A DNA stretch of 64,000 bases. Source: Candidatus Thorarchaeota archaeon (lineage in GTDB: Archaea > Asgardarchaeota > Thorarchaeia > Thorarchaeales > Thorarchaeaceae). Position numbers and translations under genes: made by a program. The notes under the pieces are model-generated. The model was not told where the DNA came from. It made no database searches and saw only the letters and a list, made by a program, of their open reading frames with translations. The DNA lies in the NCBI GenBank assembly GCA_011364985.1, contig RDOC01000001.1, positions 159,576-223,575 on the forward strand, in the 5' to 3' direction. This document shows, piece by piece, positions 27,936-37,719 of this stretch; within the stretch, counting starts at the first letter, position 1, and each line of letters begins with the position of its first letter.

Positions 27936-29336
27936 CTAAAGCGAGAAGGATGAAACCTCCTCCCGGTAGATAGACATTACCTCCTTTTTCAGGTCTTTTG
28001 GAACCGAGATTGGCTCATAGACTCGTACGAATTTCTTGAAGAGCTCATCCTCACGCTCTAAGGCTTCTTCGTAAATCTTACTCGCCCTGAATTCTTCGAT
28101 TAGTCCACCCTTTGCGCCCCGCTTTGATGCACATAGGAAGGCAAAGAGCTGTTCGTCGCGCGCCATCGCCGTATTCGCATAGGTGAAGCTTGACTTTCCC
28201 CCAAAAAGCGTGAAGAGATGTCTCTTGTCCGAGGTGAGCATATTCTCCTTCAATCCAATTGCAGCTGGATCAATTCCGGAACCAACAATGAGGAGGTACA
28301 TCTTGGCACAGATTGTGCAGTCATGACACCAATGATAGTCCTTACCTGACTCCTTCTCAGTGAAACAACTCATTTGGTACTTGGAATAATTCGGATATCT
28401 ATGAGCCAATGTCCTTTGCACCATCATGTCCATGAGTGGTTCAATGAGGCTGCCAGTTCTTATTGATCCCCCTGAGAACATCTGAGAAATCTGATCTATA
28501 TGGACTGTCCAAGCATGCGATTGGTCATAGCAGGGATAGACAATCCACTTGTTTTCGGCGTCCATATAGGTTGCAGAGGCGGACTGCTCATTGCCAAAGA
28601 GAATGTACTTTGCATTGTGAGCATACGCGAATGGGATAAGTTCCAATGCGTACTCGGTAGTCTGAAGACCCCATCCAAGCTCAGAGAATGGTAAACCAAG
28701 ATGGTTGTAATCTCTTAAACGCCCAGTATCATGATGAAGAACAAGGAGCTCCGTTCCGAACTCCTCCTTGAATCGATGTCCAAGGGCCTTCTTGTGTTTT
28801 TCCTCATATGTCATGCTTTCTTCAACAATGTACACTGGTAGAGGGTCAAGGCCAATCTCATTTGCGACAGCAAAGGTCAAGAGACTGTCCTTTCCAAAGC
28901 TTAGCCCCACAATCGCACGGCTTGCCGAATCAACTGGGATAGAGGAGGGCAGAGCTATTTCCGGTTGTCTAAACTCATACTCTGTGTTGAAGAACTGACG
29001 CACCACTTCTGCTGTATCAGTTCCATCCACTTCAGTGCAGGAAGGAATGTCCTTTAGGAAGTTCTGAGTGAAGTATGTTTCAAGCAAGGGACGACCAGAA
29101 TGATAGACTGCGCGACTCTCACCAAAGATCAGAGGGAGATGCATTGTTACAGCCAAGGCGAGGTTGTCACGCAAGGCAATCTTGCTTTCGTCAGGAGTTG
29201 AAGCCCATACCTCAGGAGAGTATCCAATGGCGTAGGTTTCGCCCCTGAAGTAGATAACAATACCATTCTCTGTAACTCTCGAATCAAACTCCAATTTGAG
29301 CGACCACTGAACAGATTCTCCAATTGCGTATAACAA
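27936..29336 (-). CDS. PP-loop ATPase, MurL/QueC-like
   Basis: GLSFGKDSLL PP-loop, FGNEQSA, DQSH, and the SCF...WCHDCTICAK Cys cluster. Confidence 0.65.
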   Translation of the reverse strand: MLYAIGESVQWSLKLEFDSRVTENGIVIYFRGETYAIGYSPEVWASTPDESKIALRDNLALAVTMHLPLIFGESRAVYHSGRPLLETYFTQNFLKDIPSCTEVDGTDTAEVVRQFFNTEYEFRQPEIALPSSIPVDSASRAIVGLSFGKDSLLTFAVANEIGLDPLPVYIVEESMTYEEKHKKALGHRFKEEFGTELLVLHHDTGRLRDYNHLGLPFSELGWGLQTTEYALELIPFAYAHNAKYILFGNEQSASATYMDAENKWIVYPCYDQSHAWTVHIDQISQMFSGGSIRTGSLIEPLMDMMVQRTLAHRYPNYSKYQMSCFTEKESGKDYHWCHDCTICAKMYLLIVGSGIDPAAIGLKENMLTSDKRHLFTLFGGKSSFTYANTAMARDEQLFAFLCASKRGAKGGLIEEFRASKIYEEALEREDELFKKFVRVYEPISVPKDLKKEVMSIYREEVSSFSL

Positions 29337-29394
29337 TTACTGAAGTGCCAAGGAACCAAACAAGAAATAAACAGAATGTGATGCATACGAGTTC

Positions 29395-30414
29395 ATGTCC
29401 AAACCATTTAGAGTTGTACAGGTTGGCCTTGGTAGTATAGGCCTGCCAATTGCCAAGGCAATTCTCAACCGAGGGAATTTGAGCCTTGTAGGAACTATGG
29501 ATGCCAATCCTGAACTTATCGGAAAGAAACTGTCCCAGATTCTAAGGGAAGACAGTAATACGCGCCTGACCATAAGCGGAGTGTTAGAGGAGGTAATAGG
29601 TGCTTCTGCAGATGTCGCAATAATTGCAACATCATCCTCCTTGAAGACTGTAAAACAGACGATCATGAAGGCACTGGATGCAGGACTCCATGTTGTGTCA
29701 ATCTGCGAGGAACTCTCGTATCCCTACAAGCGGCATGCAAGGATTGCTAAAGAGATCGACCATGCAGCAAGAGATGTGGGGCGATCCGTTCTAGGAACAG
29801 GGATCAATCCGGGATACCTGATGGATATTCTCCCAATACTCCTGACTGCACCGTGCCTGACACTTGAAGCGCTGTATGTCACACGTTGCGTTAATTCAAG
29901 CAGACGACGAATGTCGTTTCAGAAGAAGATCGGAACGGGAATGAAGAAGAAGGATTTCTCCAATGCAATCAGTAGCGGAGTGATTACAGGTCATGTGGGG
30001 CTGGAGGAGTCCATTTGCATGATTGATGACACACTGAAATTGGGCTTGGACAACGTTGAAGAGCTACCTCCCAAACCCGTTATCGCGGACTCAGAAGTAG
30101 TAACTCCACTTGCGACGATCAGCCCTGGAGATGTCCTTGGTCTGCGAAGCAGGGCTGTAGGAAAGAGGGAGGACACCACCGTGGTGACTCTTGATTTCAT
30201 AGCCTATGCAGATGCGGACCCCGAATATGATGAAGTCGTTGTCGAGGGATTTCCAAGGATTCAACAGAGGATAGAAGGAGGCGTAATGGGAGACCATGGC
30301 ACGATTGCAATGGCGATAAACGCCATACCTCTTGTTGTACATGCACATCCAGGACTCTTGACAATGAAGGACCTTCCAAGCCCAAGGAACACCCAATTCT
30401 ATTTCAGAGGATGA
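29395..30414 (+). CDS. 2,4-diaminopentanoate dehydrogenase (Ord)-family NAD(P)-dependent amine dehydrogenase
   Basis: VGLGSIG, CEELSYP, LGTGINPGYLMD, GHVGLEES, GGVMGD...NAIP...PGLLTMKDLP. Confidence 0.82.
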   Translation: MSKPFRVVQVGLGSIGLPIAKAILNRGNLSLVGTMDANPELIGKKLSQILREDSNTRLTISGVLEEVIGASADVAIIATSSSLKTVKQTIMKALDAGLHVVSICEELSYPYKRHARIAKEIDHAARDVGRSVLGTGINPGYLMDILPILLTAPCLTLEALYVTRCVNSSRRRMSFQKKIGTGMKKKDFSNAISSGVITGHVGLEESICMIDDTLKLGLDNVEELPPKPVIADSEVVTPLATISPGDVLGLRSRAVGKREDTTVVTLDFIAYADADPEYDEVVVEGFPRIQQRIEGGVMGDHGTIAMAINAIPLVVHAHPGLLTMKDLPSPRNTQFYFRG

Positions 30415-30456
30415 TGAAATCACAAACACAGCTGCAATGATACATGAGGTGATCTC

Positions 30457-31761
30457 TTGTTAGAGGATTACAAAAAACGTACGCCCAAATCGGAGAAGCT
30501 TTGGTTTCGTGCAAACAAGGTCTTCGCAGGAGGCGTTAATCACAATATTAGGAACTTCGGGATGCTATCTGCTGGAGCTTATCCCCCTTATATCAAGAGT
30601 GGAAAGGGAAGCAGGATATGGGATGTTGATGGAAATGAGTACATCGATTGGTGGATGACTCACTATTCAGATATCTTGGGTCACTGCCACCGTTCCATTG
30701 TAAGCGCTCTTCGAGCCCAATTGGAAGAATGTATCCATATCGGCGCTTTGAATGAGCACCAAGTGAAGTTTGCCGAAGAGCTTCAAGAGGCAATTCCATT
30801 CCTCCAAAAGATGAGATTCTGCACGACAGGAAGCGAGGCTACAATGTATGGCACCAGACTAGCAAGATTGTTCACAGGCAGAAAACTTGTCGCCAAAGCT
30901 CGTGGCGGCTGGCATGGAGGAAATGATGCCGTTGGATTCCATGTAAGTCATCCCTATGACGACGAACCTTACTATAACGGGCTTTCCTTCGATTTCAATG
31001 ATGCAGAAAGTGTGACTTCGTTACTTAAACAGCATGGAAAAGAAATAGCAGCGATTATCGTTGAACCCGTTATGGGAGCAGCTGGAGGGATACCTCCAAC
31101 CGATGGATTTCTTTCCTTCTTGAGAGAAGAGACTGAGAAACGAGATATTCTACTGATTTTCGATGAGATCATAACTGGATTCAGATTGTCATACGGGTCA
31201 GCTGGCTCCAACATCTTTGGCGTCGAACCAGACCTTCTAACGCTTGGTAAGATAGTGGCGGGGGGTATGCCATTTGGGCTGTACGGAGGGCGAGAAGATA
31301 TCATGGGGCTAGCAGCTCCGGGAGCAAAAGGTGGACGATGGGTAGGCGGAGGAACCTTCTCCAGCCATCCACTCTCGATGACAGCAGGCTTGGCCACTCT
31401 TGCAGAACTCAAGAATCGTACAAGCCAATACACCCAGCTCTCTCAGAAAGGAAACAGATTCAAACAGAAACTGAACGAAGCATTTGACAATGTTGGCTCG
31501 AACAATCTTGCAACTGGATTTGGATCCATTCTCTTCATCAGCTGCCTCTCCAAGCGAATAGACGAGCCGCTCACTGGAACCAAAGTTGGTGACGTTTTTG
31601 ACCACCAGAAACAGGACCTGTTCCAAGCCTATCTAATGGAGATGGGCATCTTTGGATACCATGGTCTAGGAGCAATGTCTTTCGTTCATAGTGATGAGGA
31701 CTTGGATAAGACTCTGCTATGCGCGGAGAATGCAGCATCGAAGCTTCTTGGCAACGAGTAA
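30457..31761 (+). CDS. Class III aminotransferase, glutamate-1-semialdehyde aminomutase-like
   Basis: GKGSRIWDVDGNEYID, TTGSEAT, IVEPV, FDEIITGFR, LGKIVAGGMP, GGTFSSHP. Confidence 0.88.
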   Translation: MLEDYKKRTPKSEKLWFRANKVFAGGVNHNIRNFGMLSAGAYPPYIKSGKGSRIWDVDGNEYIDWWMTHYSDILGHCHRSIVSALRAQLEECIHIGALNEHQVKFAEELQEAIPFLQKMRFCTTGSEATMYGTRLARLFTGRKLVAKARGGWHGGNDAVGFHVSHPYDDEPYYNGLSFDFNDAESVTSLLKQHGKEIAAIIVEPVMGAAGGIPPTDGFLSFLREETEKRDILLIFDEIITGFRLSYGSAGSNIFGVEPDLLTLGKIVAGGMPFGLYGGREDIMGLAAPGAKGGRWVGGGTFSSHPLSMTAGLATLAELKNRTSQYTQLSQKGNRFKQKLNEAFDNVGSNNLATGFGSILFISCLSKRIDEPLTGTKVGDVFDHQKQDLFQAYLMEMGIFGYHGLGAMSFVHSDEDLDKTLLCAENAASKLLGNE

Positions 31762-31775
31762 TGGCGGGCTTTTGC

Positions 31776-32381
31776 TCATTTCCTGAGGGCCATACGTACA
31801 AAGAATGTCAATCCACTGGTTACCTGTTCAATGGCCTCGAATCCATGTTTCTGAGCTTCAACTATAAACGAATCCATGTTTTGGTCTCGTATAGCTGCAC
31901 CGTAGCCGGTTGTTCTTCTTCTCCCATCAGGAAAGACTACAGTCAGTGGCACTAAGAAGTACTTCTTCTCTTCTATGTCGGAAGGCAGCTCCACATTGAC
32001 ATCCCAAATGAGTAGCTCGCCGCCGGGTTTGAGAACACGTGATATCTCCCCAAAGACGGAAGATAGGTCGTCAAGGGGAATATACATGAGGGTGAAAAAG
32101 AGAGTTGCAGTCCCAAAGGAATTCTCAAGGAAATTCAACTGACGGGCATCCATCACAAGTTTCAAAGCTTCGTTCCTCGTGTCTAAGAGCTCATCGCTCA
32201 CGCGATCAATGGCCACTACTTGACGGCCTTCGAGGCTGCCAATGATGCCCTCGCCACCTCCTCCTATGTCAAGAATCCACTCTTCGTCATGATGAATTCC
32301 ACAAAGATTGACCTCCTGATGGGGAAGCTCATGCACTTCCGATAGATCAATTTCGGGATGATGATTGGACATTTCAAGCAA
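31776..32381 (-). CDS. Class I SAM-dependent methyltransferase
   Basis: ILDIGGGGEG, MDARQLNF, RVLKPGG. Confidence 0.85.
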   Translation of the reverse strand: MLEMSNHHPEIDLSEVHELPHQEVNLCGIHHDEEWILDIGGGGEGIIGSLEGRQVVAIDRVSDELLDTRNEALKLVMDARQLNFLENSFGTATLFFTLMYIPLDDLSSVFGEISRVLKPGGELLIWDVNVELPSDIEEKKYFLVPLTVVFPDGRRRTTGYGAAIRDQNMDSFIVEAQKHGFEAIEQVTSGLTFFVRMALRK

Positions 32382-32466
32382 GGAAAGTCATTACATACAT
32401 TCAAAATATGTTTTCTGGATGAGAGAAAAAGAAGAGAAAAGGGAGAATCTTCTTCTTCAAAGCGTA

Positions 32467-33222
32467 CTAGTGGACCTCGATATCTACTTCGCCAATGTCA
32501 GTTGTTGCAGTGACTGTGACAGTCTGGCTGGCTGTGTCGTAATCAGACGACTCATAGTGGCTGGACGTGAGTTCATGCCAGCCAAGAGCATCAATATCAA
32601 CTGCACCGATTTCAGTTACCGCTTCAACGCTACCTCCGATGCCTGCAGGCAAATCAAGGTCAATCTCTATTGCGCCTATACTGGTTTCAAAGGCGAAGTC
32701 AGGACTTCCAATAATAACAATATCGTCAGTCATTGAGAACTCGATGGCACCTGCATCGGTCGTGATTGAGATATCACTTACGTTTGCCCCGCTTGCTAAG
32801 GCGCAGGTTACAGCACCTGCTGTTGTTGTTATGTCAAGGGTGTAGTTTGTACCGCTGCCCAAAGTGATGTTCACTGCACCTGCAGTATATTTGTATATAA
32901 TCGTATTAGATGCGTAACTAACAGTTGGGGGACCTTTCTCTTGGACGGTCGCGTTGTCCACAGCAATGTCGATCTCATAGAGAAGTGTTGTATTCTCCAC
33001 AAACTCAATATTGACTGACCCAGCAGTCAAATCTACATCCAAGGTTACAAGTCCTGAAGTTGTGTCTACGACCTCATCAAACGAGTAGTAGACTGTTTCT
33101 CCAGGGCCGACAAACCAATGACTGGGCCCGTAGAAAGACAGAACTCCAACCACGACTGCGCTTCCAATCAGCACAGCTAGTATACACAGAACCATTCCAG
33201 TATTTCGTTGATATTCACTCAT
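32467..33222 (-). CDS. Membrane-anchored DUF4097/toast-rack-like beta-repeat protein
   Basis: N-terminal TM followed by repeated TTxxGAV/IxI strands. Confidence 0.7.
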   Translation of the reverse strand: MSEYQRNTGMVLCILAVLIGSAVVVGVLSFYGPSHWFVGPGETVYYSFDEVVDTTSGLVTLDVDLTAGSVNIEFVENTTLLYEIDIAVDNATVQEKGPPTVSYASNTIIYKYTAGAVNITLGSGTNYTLDITTTAGAVTCALASGANVSDISITTDAGAIEFSMTDDIVIIGSPDFAFETSIGAIEIDLDLPAGIGGSVEAVTEIGAVDIDALGWHELTSSHYESSDYDTASQTVTVTATTDIGEVDIEVH

Positions 33223-33859
33223 TTTCTATACCTACCTTTCGATGCGATCGGAGAAAGCCGTGCCACTCCTCTCGCAGCCGTTGATATTCCGAATCTTCTT
33301 CCAGAGAGAGGCGACGCATGATTCGGGATGCATCACCCCTTACTGCGGGAGGAAGTGCTTGATAGGCTCTTTCATTCGAAATTGGCAGATTCGAGCTTAC
33401 AACATTCTCCCGCTCTATTAGCCTCCTAAGAATGTCCACCGCCTTCTTCATCTGAGACTCTGGAATCTCTATACCATAGACGGAGAGGCTGGATATTGTG
33501 GACGTGAGGCGGTCTCTTGCAAACTGGGCTACGCCACCGTTTGCTTCCATCATCCCACTGATTCCTAATCTGTACTCTCGAGCCGTTGCACGATAGTATC
33601 TTTGCACAATACCAGTAGGTGTTTGTTCAGTACGTTCCTGAACTACAAGGCCCGCTTCCTGAAGTTTCTGAATGTGATGAAGTATTGTTCCAGGATTCTT
33701 GCCTGTGGCATCAGATAGTTGCTTTACTGTCATTGATCCATTGACCAAGTAGTTGAAGACAATCTTTGCCCTGGTTTCTTCAAAGAGAATCTTGATGGCA
33801 TTAGTATCCGAAATAATTTCAAGGTCCTTCATTGGCGGGACAGAATCAATCGTTTCCAT
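33215..33859 (-). CDS. ArsR-like winged-helix transcription regulator
   Basis: ETRAKIVFNYL...MTVKQLS...PGTILHHIQKLQEAGLV...QRYYRATA. Confidence 0.88.
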   Translation of the reverse strand: METIDSVPPMKDLEIISDTNAIKILFEETRAKIVFNYLVNGSMTVKQLSDATGKNPGTILHHIQKLQEAGLVVQERTEQTPTGIVQRYYRATAREYRLGISGMMEANGGVAQFARDRLTSTISSLSVYGIEIPESQMKKAVDILRRLIERENVVSSNLPISNERAYQALPPAVRGDASRIMRRLSLEEDSEYQRLREEWHGFLRSHRKVGIENE

Positions 33860-33862
33860 TAA

Positions 33863-34792
33863 TCACACGCCCCCTATGAAACTCAAATCAGGGTCTCCCG
33901 GTTCTTGGACGGTGACCTCAATCCCACTAAAGATTAGGTAGAGCCGGTTCGAAGCTATGACTAATGCAGGAAAGTAAAGAAGCAACAGGAATACTGCTAA
34001 GGGCAATGTCATTATTCCAATTACAATCGCTCCTGCTTCTCCCAGAACCTCGAATCCTGCAAGTGGAGGAACAATGCAGATTACCAACATTCCTAAGAAG
34101 CTAAGCCAAAGCGAAAAGACCCTGTCGAAGTGCCTAATACTTAGCCTGAAGGACTCTTTGAATGCATCAAACACTGAAAGGCCATCGATGACAGCTGGAA
34201 ATACCATTAAAGACAATCCAAGGCTTATTACCAACCAGAGCCCCGAAATGGTAGCAATCACTGCATTGAGAATATTCGGCAACTCAAACCCTATTATGGC
34301 AAATGCAGTACCATAGAGCATTAACAGGGGCAGCAATACAATAAGTAGGAGCAAAATGCCAGTACCGGCCAGGGAGAAGAACTCCTTTCTGTACCATACA
34401 AAGACACCTTCAGCTGTTGTGCCCTCGCTTTCAACAATCTCACGCCCCATGCCAAAGAGAGCCCCGATGGCAATGAAGAAGGGACTTGCGATGATTGCAA
34501 TAATGAACGCCATCGCTCCAAATGCCGCAGGATTCATTATGCTACCCGAAGTGAATACATCTTCGAGTACAACTCCTAGATTCATGAAGTAGATTGCGAG
34601 TCCTTCCCATCCTCCAAGTAAAATCAGCATTGGGATAAAAGCAGCTATCATGAAGAGTACGAGTACCACAACGGACACCAACACAACCCCAATCGTCCCA
34701 AGTAGAAAGGAAATGATGTTCTTGGCGGCAAACTTGAAACTTACCTTTAGGTCCTCCACTAATGCCCCGAAACTCGCGTTTTTGTTACTCAT
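33863..34792 (-). CDS. Multi-pass membrane protein (paralog of 34864-35772)
   Basis: About 6 TMs; LFGMGREIV...AEGVFVWYR...MVFPAV...DAFKESF. Confidence 0.8.
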   Translation of the reverse strand: MSNKNASFGALVEDLKVSFKFAAKNIISFLLGTIGVVLVSVVVLVLFMIAAFIPMLILLGGWEGLAIYFMNLGVVLEDVFTSGSIMNPAAFGAMAFIIAIIASPFFIAIGALFGMGREIVESEGTTAEGVFVWYRKEFFSLAGTGILLLLIVLLPLLMLYGTAFAIIGFELPNILNAVIATISGLWLVISLGLSLMVFPAVIDGLSVFDAFKESFRLSIRHFDRVFSLWLSFLGMLVICIVPPLAGFEVLGEAGAIVIGIMTLPLAVFLLLLYFPALVIASNRLYLIFSGIEVTVQEPGDPDLSFIGGV

Positions 34793-34863
34793 TTTTTTAC
34801 CTCAAGAAAGGATTGAGAGTGCCCCGTTGAAAAATCATTCGAGGCACTCTCGACAACAGCCAC

Positions 34864-35772
34864 CTACACAAGTGGAAGAGGCGGGGGCTGTTGCTTAGCC
34901 ACCTGACCACCGGCCATCTCGGCATAGACTTTCACAAATGATATAATTGCCATTGGTAGGAACCAAAGGATCCAGAGAAACATCATGACCACAGTGTAGA
35001 CCATTATAGTGACGGCCAATGGATTGGCGATATGGACCAAAGTTGGCACGGCTGGGAGAATCAAGCCCCATGCAATGGCGGGACCAAGGGATGCGGCAAA
35101 GAGGAGAAGAATACCAGAGAGCAATCCATAGACTCGCTCAAACTGTGTTCTTGCCAAGTGAAAAGATTCCTTGAAGGCATCCTGAACGTCCTTGCCGTAG
35201 GTGATAGCAGGGAAGACCATTGCGCACAGGCCCACTGTGAGGAAGACCCAGACAAAGGTCACAACAGAGAGGATCGAGGAGAGGAGGAGATCGATTGAAT
35301 AGCCTGAGAGAATGGAAGCTGAACCCCAGAGAACCAATGGAGGGATAATAATAATGACAGTTAGTAGCACTCCAGCTCCAGCAAACGTCAGGAACTTGTG
35401 TCTAAACCAGCTGAAAGCTCGCTCCGCCTTGGTCTCACCATTTGCCACCAGATCCTTGCTCATGCCATAGACAGACGCGATGAACGTGAATAGAAAGGAG
35501 ATAATGGGTATGAGTACCAATAGCCCAACACCTCCAACAACCCAGGGATTAGCCTGAGTCCATGCTGCTGCGGCTGCCTCATTAAAGCCTTCAAAGTTGA
35601 ACCCGAAGATAAGAAAACCAGCTGCAGCCAGAGGAATTGCTGTTATGACCGCTAGGACAACAAGGAGAATCAGAAGTCCGATGTTCGCAAGGAAATAGCT
35701 AAGCATGCTACTCCTGGCAAGCTTCAGACTCGACTTCATATCATCAATAATCGTGTTGAAACTCGTAGACAT
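34864..35772 (-). CDS. Multi-pass membrane protein (paralog of 33863-34792)
   Basis: VYGMSKDLV...AERAFSWFR...MVFPAI...DAFKESF. Start placed at ATG 35772 by alignment with the paralog. Confidence 0.8.
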   Translation of the reverse strand: MSTSFNTIIDDMKSSLKLARSSMLSYFLANIGLLILLVVLAVITAIPLAAAGFLIFGFNFEGFNEAAAAAWTQANPWVVGGVGLLVLIPIISFLFTFIASVYGMSKDLVANGETKAERAFSWFRHKFLTFAGAGVLLTVIIIIPPLVLWGSASILSGYSIDLLLSSILSVVTFVWVFLTVGLCAMVFPAITYGKDVQDAFKESFHLARTQFERVYGLLSGILLLFAASLGPAIAWGLILPAVPTLVHIANPLAVTIMVYTVVMMFLWILWFLPMAIISFVKVYAEMAGGQVAKQQPPPLPLV

Positions 35773-35826
35773 TTCGTTTCGCCATAATTGTTTGTTACAG
35801 GCATACGTACGCACATTTACTTATTA

Positions 35827-35850
35827 AATGTTTGGTTATTGTCAAACATT
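35827..35850. promoter_or_regulatory. Palindromic candidate operator AATGTTTG-N8-CAAACATT
   Basis: Perfect 8-bp inverted repeat abutting a minus-strand TTTAATAA TATA-like box upstream of the operon containing the wHTH gene. Further CAAAC half-sites extend to 35890. Confidence 0.5.
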
Positions 35851-35957
35851 AAACACCAAACGAATCTATGAGTATCAAACGTCAAACATCAGAAGCAGAT
35901 TTGGGGCTTTAGTAAGTGTAAGCCTGAGGTCGCATGAGACGCTCAGGAATTGACATC

Positions 35958-36416
35958 ATGAAAAAGGTACTAGTATTCTACGGCACGAAATTTGAGAACA
36001 CTAAATAACTTGCTTCGGGAATTGCACTAAGCATTCAGAAGCCTAGAGAGATCACACAAAGGTGTAGAGCATTGATGATTTTTGACCGAGAAACAAATGC
36101 TTTCGACGAAGTGCTATTTGGTTATCCATTCCATGTCTTTCATGTGACTCGTGGGATGCTGTCTGCCATTAAGAAAGCAGCAAAGAATGGACCTAGCGGA
36201 AAGCCTGTAGCTACATTTGAAACGTATATAGAAGCACCATACGAAGGCAACTCCAAAGATGGAGGAAACACTGACAAAGAAGAACACAGATACTAGATTT
36301 GTGGATCCAAGATTCTTGGCTCTGATCGACAATTAAGAAAACCCACTCCATGAAGCTCACATCCTGATGCCAACATCTTTGGGGGGAGATTTGGTAAGAG
36401 GCTACTTGCTTCTTAG
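35958..36416 (+). pseudogene. Flavodoxin-like pseudogene
   Basis: MKKVLVFYGTKFENTK* (TAA 36006-36008), then in frame VLFGYP...GKPVATFETY. After a frameshift, KMEETL...ALID*ENPLHE...FGGRFGKRL. Confidence 0.75.
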
Positions 36417-36485
36417 TGTTCTAAGAAATGAGATAATGCCTCAATAGCTCCAATAGACTACTGCATGCTACAAACGATTTGGTTT

Positions 36486-37001
36486 CTAGACCATGTCATC
36501 AGGTTGTGCGATTTCTTCCGATTTCTCTTTGCTAGTTACTGGTTCCTCTTCCGTCTGGGCTTTCTTCTCTTTGTCCTTCTTTTCAAGAATGTCAGAGAAT
36601 GACTCCATCAGGGGTGCATTACCGTACTGAAGTGCCAGGGGTACTGCACTAAAGAGGATGAGGACTGCTCCAATGACACTCAGCGCATTGCCTAGAATTG
36701 GGATGAACGCTAGGTATAGGCCCACAAGATAAATCAGTATACCAATAATCAGCCCGGGCCAAGCCATGGTAAGGGGACGCTTGAGGGCCGAGGCCGCTGT
36801 GGCCAAGCATGTTAGCACGAATCCAGCCGTCATAAAGATGGGCTGAATGAATGGGATATACGGAGCAGCAAACCAAATCACCGCACCAATCACGATGAGA
36901 ATGAAGTTTGGGTCTTTTACTAATTCGTTGAAGGGAACTTCTATGTCTGATGCCTTCAATCTAGTTACACCGCTATTAACAAGGAAAGAAAGTGTTATCA
37001 T
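36486..37001 (-). CDS. Small four-TM membrane protein with charged C-terminal tail
   Basis: Four hydrophobic segments followed by a K/E-rich tail. Confidence 0.75.
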   Translation of the reverse strand: MITLSFLVNSGVTRLKASDIEVPFNELVKDPNFILIVIGAVIWFAAPYIPFIQPIFMTAGFVLTCLATAASALKRPLTMAWPGLIIGILIYLVGLYLAFIPILGNALSVIGAVLILFSAVPLALQYGNAPLMESFSDILEKKDKEKKAQTEEEPVTSKEKSEEIAQPDDMV

Positions 37002-37547
37002 TCTTTCCCCGAGTTCTGACGATTATGACATGACTTGAAAAACTCAATATCAGCATGGAATTGTTCGGTATGCATACTTAGGAGGAACTACCCTGAAGAC
37101 ATCAGACATTCTTTTTATCCCTCTTCTCTGTGCAGGTGTGCTGTTACTATTCCTTGTACAAACACAGCTTATCACAGTACAGATCTTAGGAGACCTTGTA
37201 GAACGATGCAATACTCTAACGAGCCCTCAAGATTTTGGTAATCCAAGCGACTACCATGGTGTTGACATTCTGCCATCAGAGCATTATAATCTCCGCGTTG
37301 AGTCAGTTCGTGATTCAGCTGTGTACACATCGTCTTATACTATAATATGAACGGATTTCGTTTCATCGGAATCACTGATGCCGCCGCAAGAGGCGTAGTA
37401 AGAGAACACATTGTCAGAAGGGGAGGGATTTTGTCTCACCAGATAGCATCATAGATAAATCAGCATAGAAGGGTCTGGCTGATTGCTCTCGGCAAGATCT
37501 TTCCTCTATTCTTCTCATCCAAGAAGTTCTGTCAGATTCGCGTTTTG

Positions 37548-37582
37548 AAAAAAAAGGAAGAATGTCGTGCGGTTTGCACGAC
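37548..37582 (-). terminator. Hairpin plus T-tract terminator
   Basis: Minus strand GTCGTGC-AAACC-GCACGAC followed by ATTCTTCC and T8, just downstream of the 37 aa ORF. Confidence 0.6.
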
Positions 37583-37605
37583 GCTTTACTAAAACTCATT
37601 CGTTC

Positions 37606-37719
37606 CTATCTCCTGAATGAGACTCTGTAGAGTTCAACGCGAACATCGTTCTTGAACTTCATGTAGTCTGACATATCAGGTTCGGGCTTAGTTGTTTTAT
37701 CTTGCTTTGCAAATGCCAT
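37606..37719 (-). CDS. Small protein (37 aa), not in ORF track
   Basis: ATG-initiated MAFAKQDKTTKPEPDMSDYMKFKNDVRVELYRVSFRR*, followed by a terminator-like structure. Confidence 0.5.
   Translation of the reverse strand: MAFAKQDKTTKPEPDMSDYMKFKNDVRVELYRVSFRR

Noticed and set aside
30457-31761. Assigning the symbol hemL
   Set aside because: GSA-like, but no tetrapyrrole genes nearby and the subfamily includes non-HemL enzymes.
36006-36008. Selenocysteine/pyrrolysine recoding in the flavodoxin-like gene
   Set aside because: The stop is TAA, and further stops and frameshifts follow.
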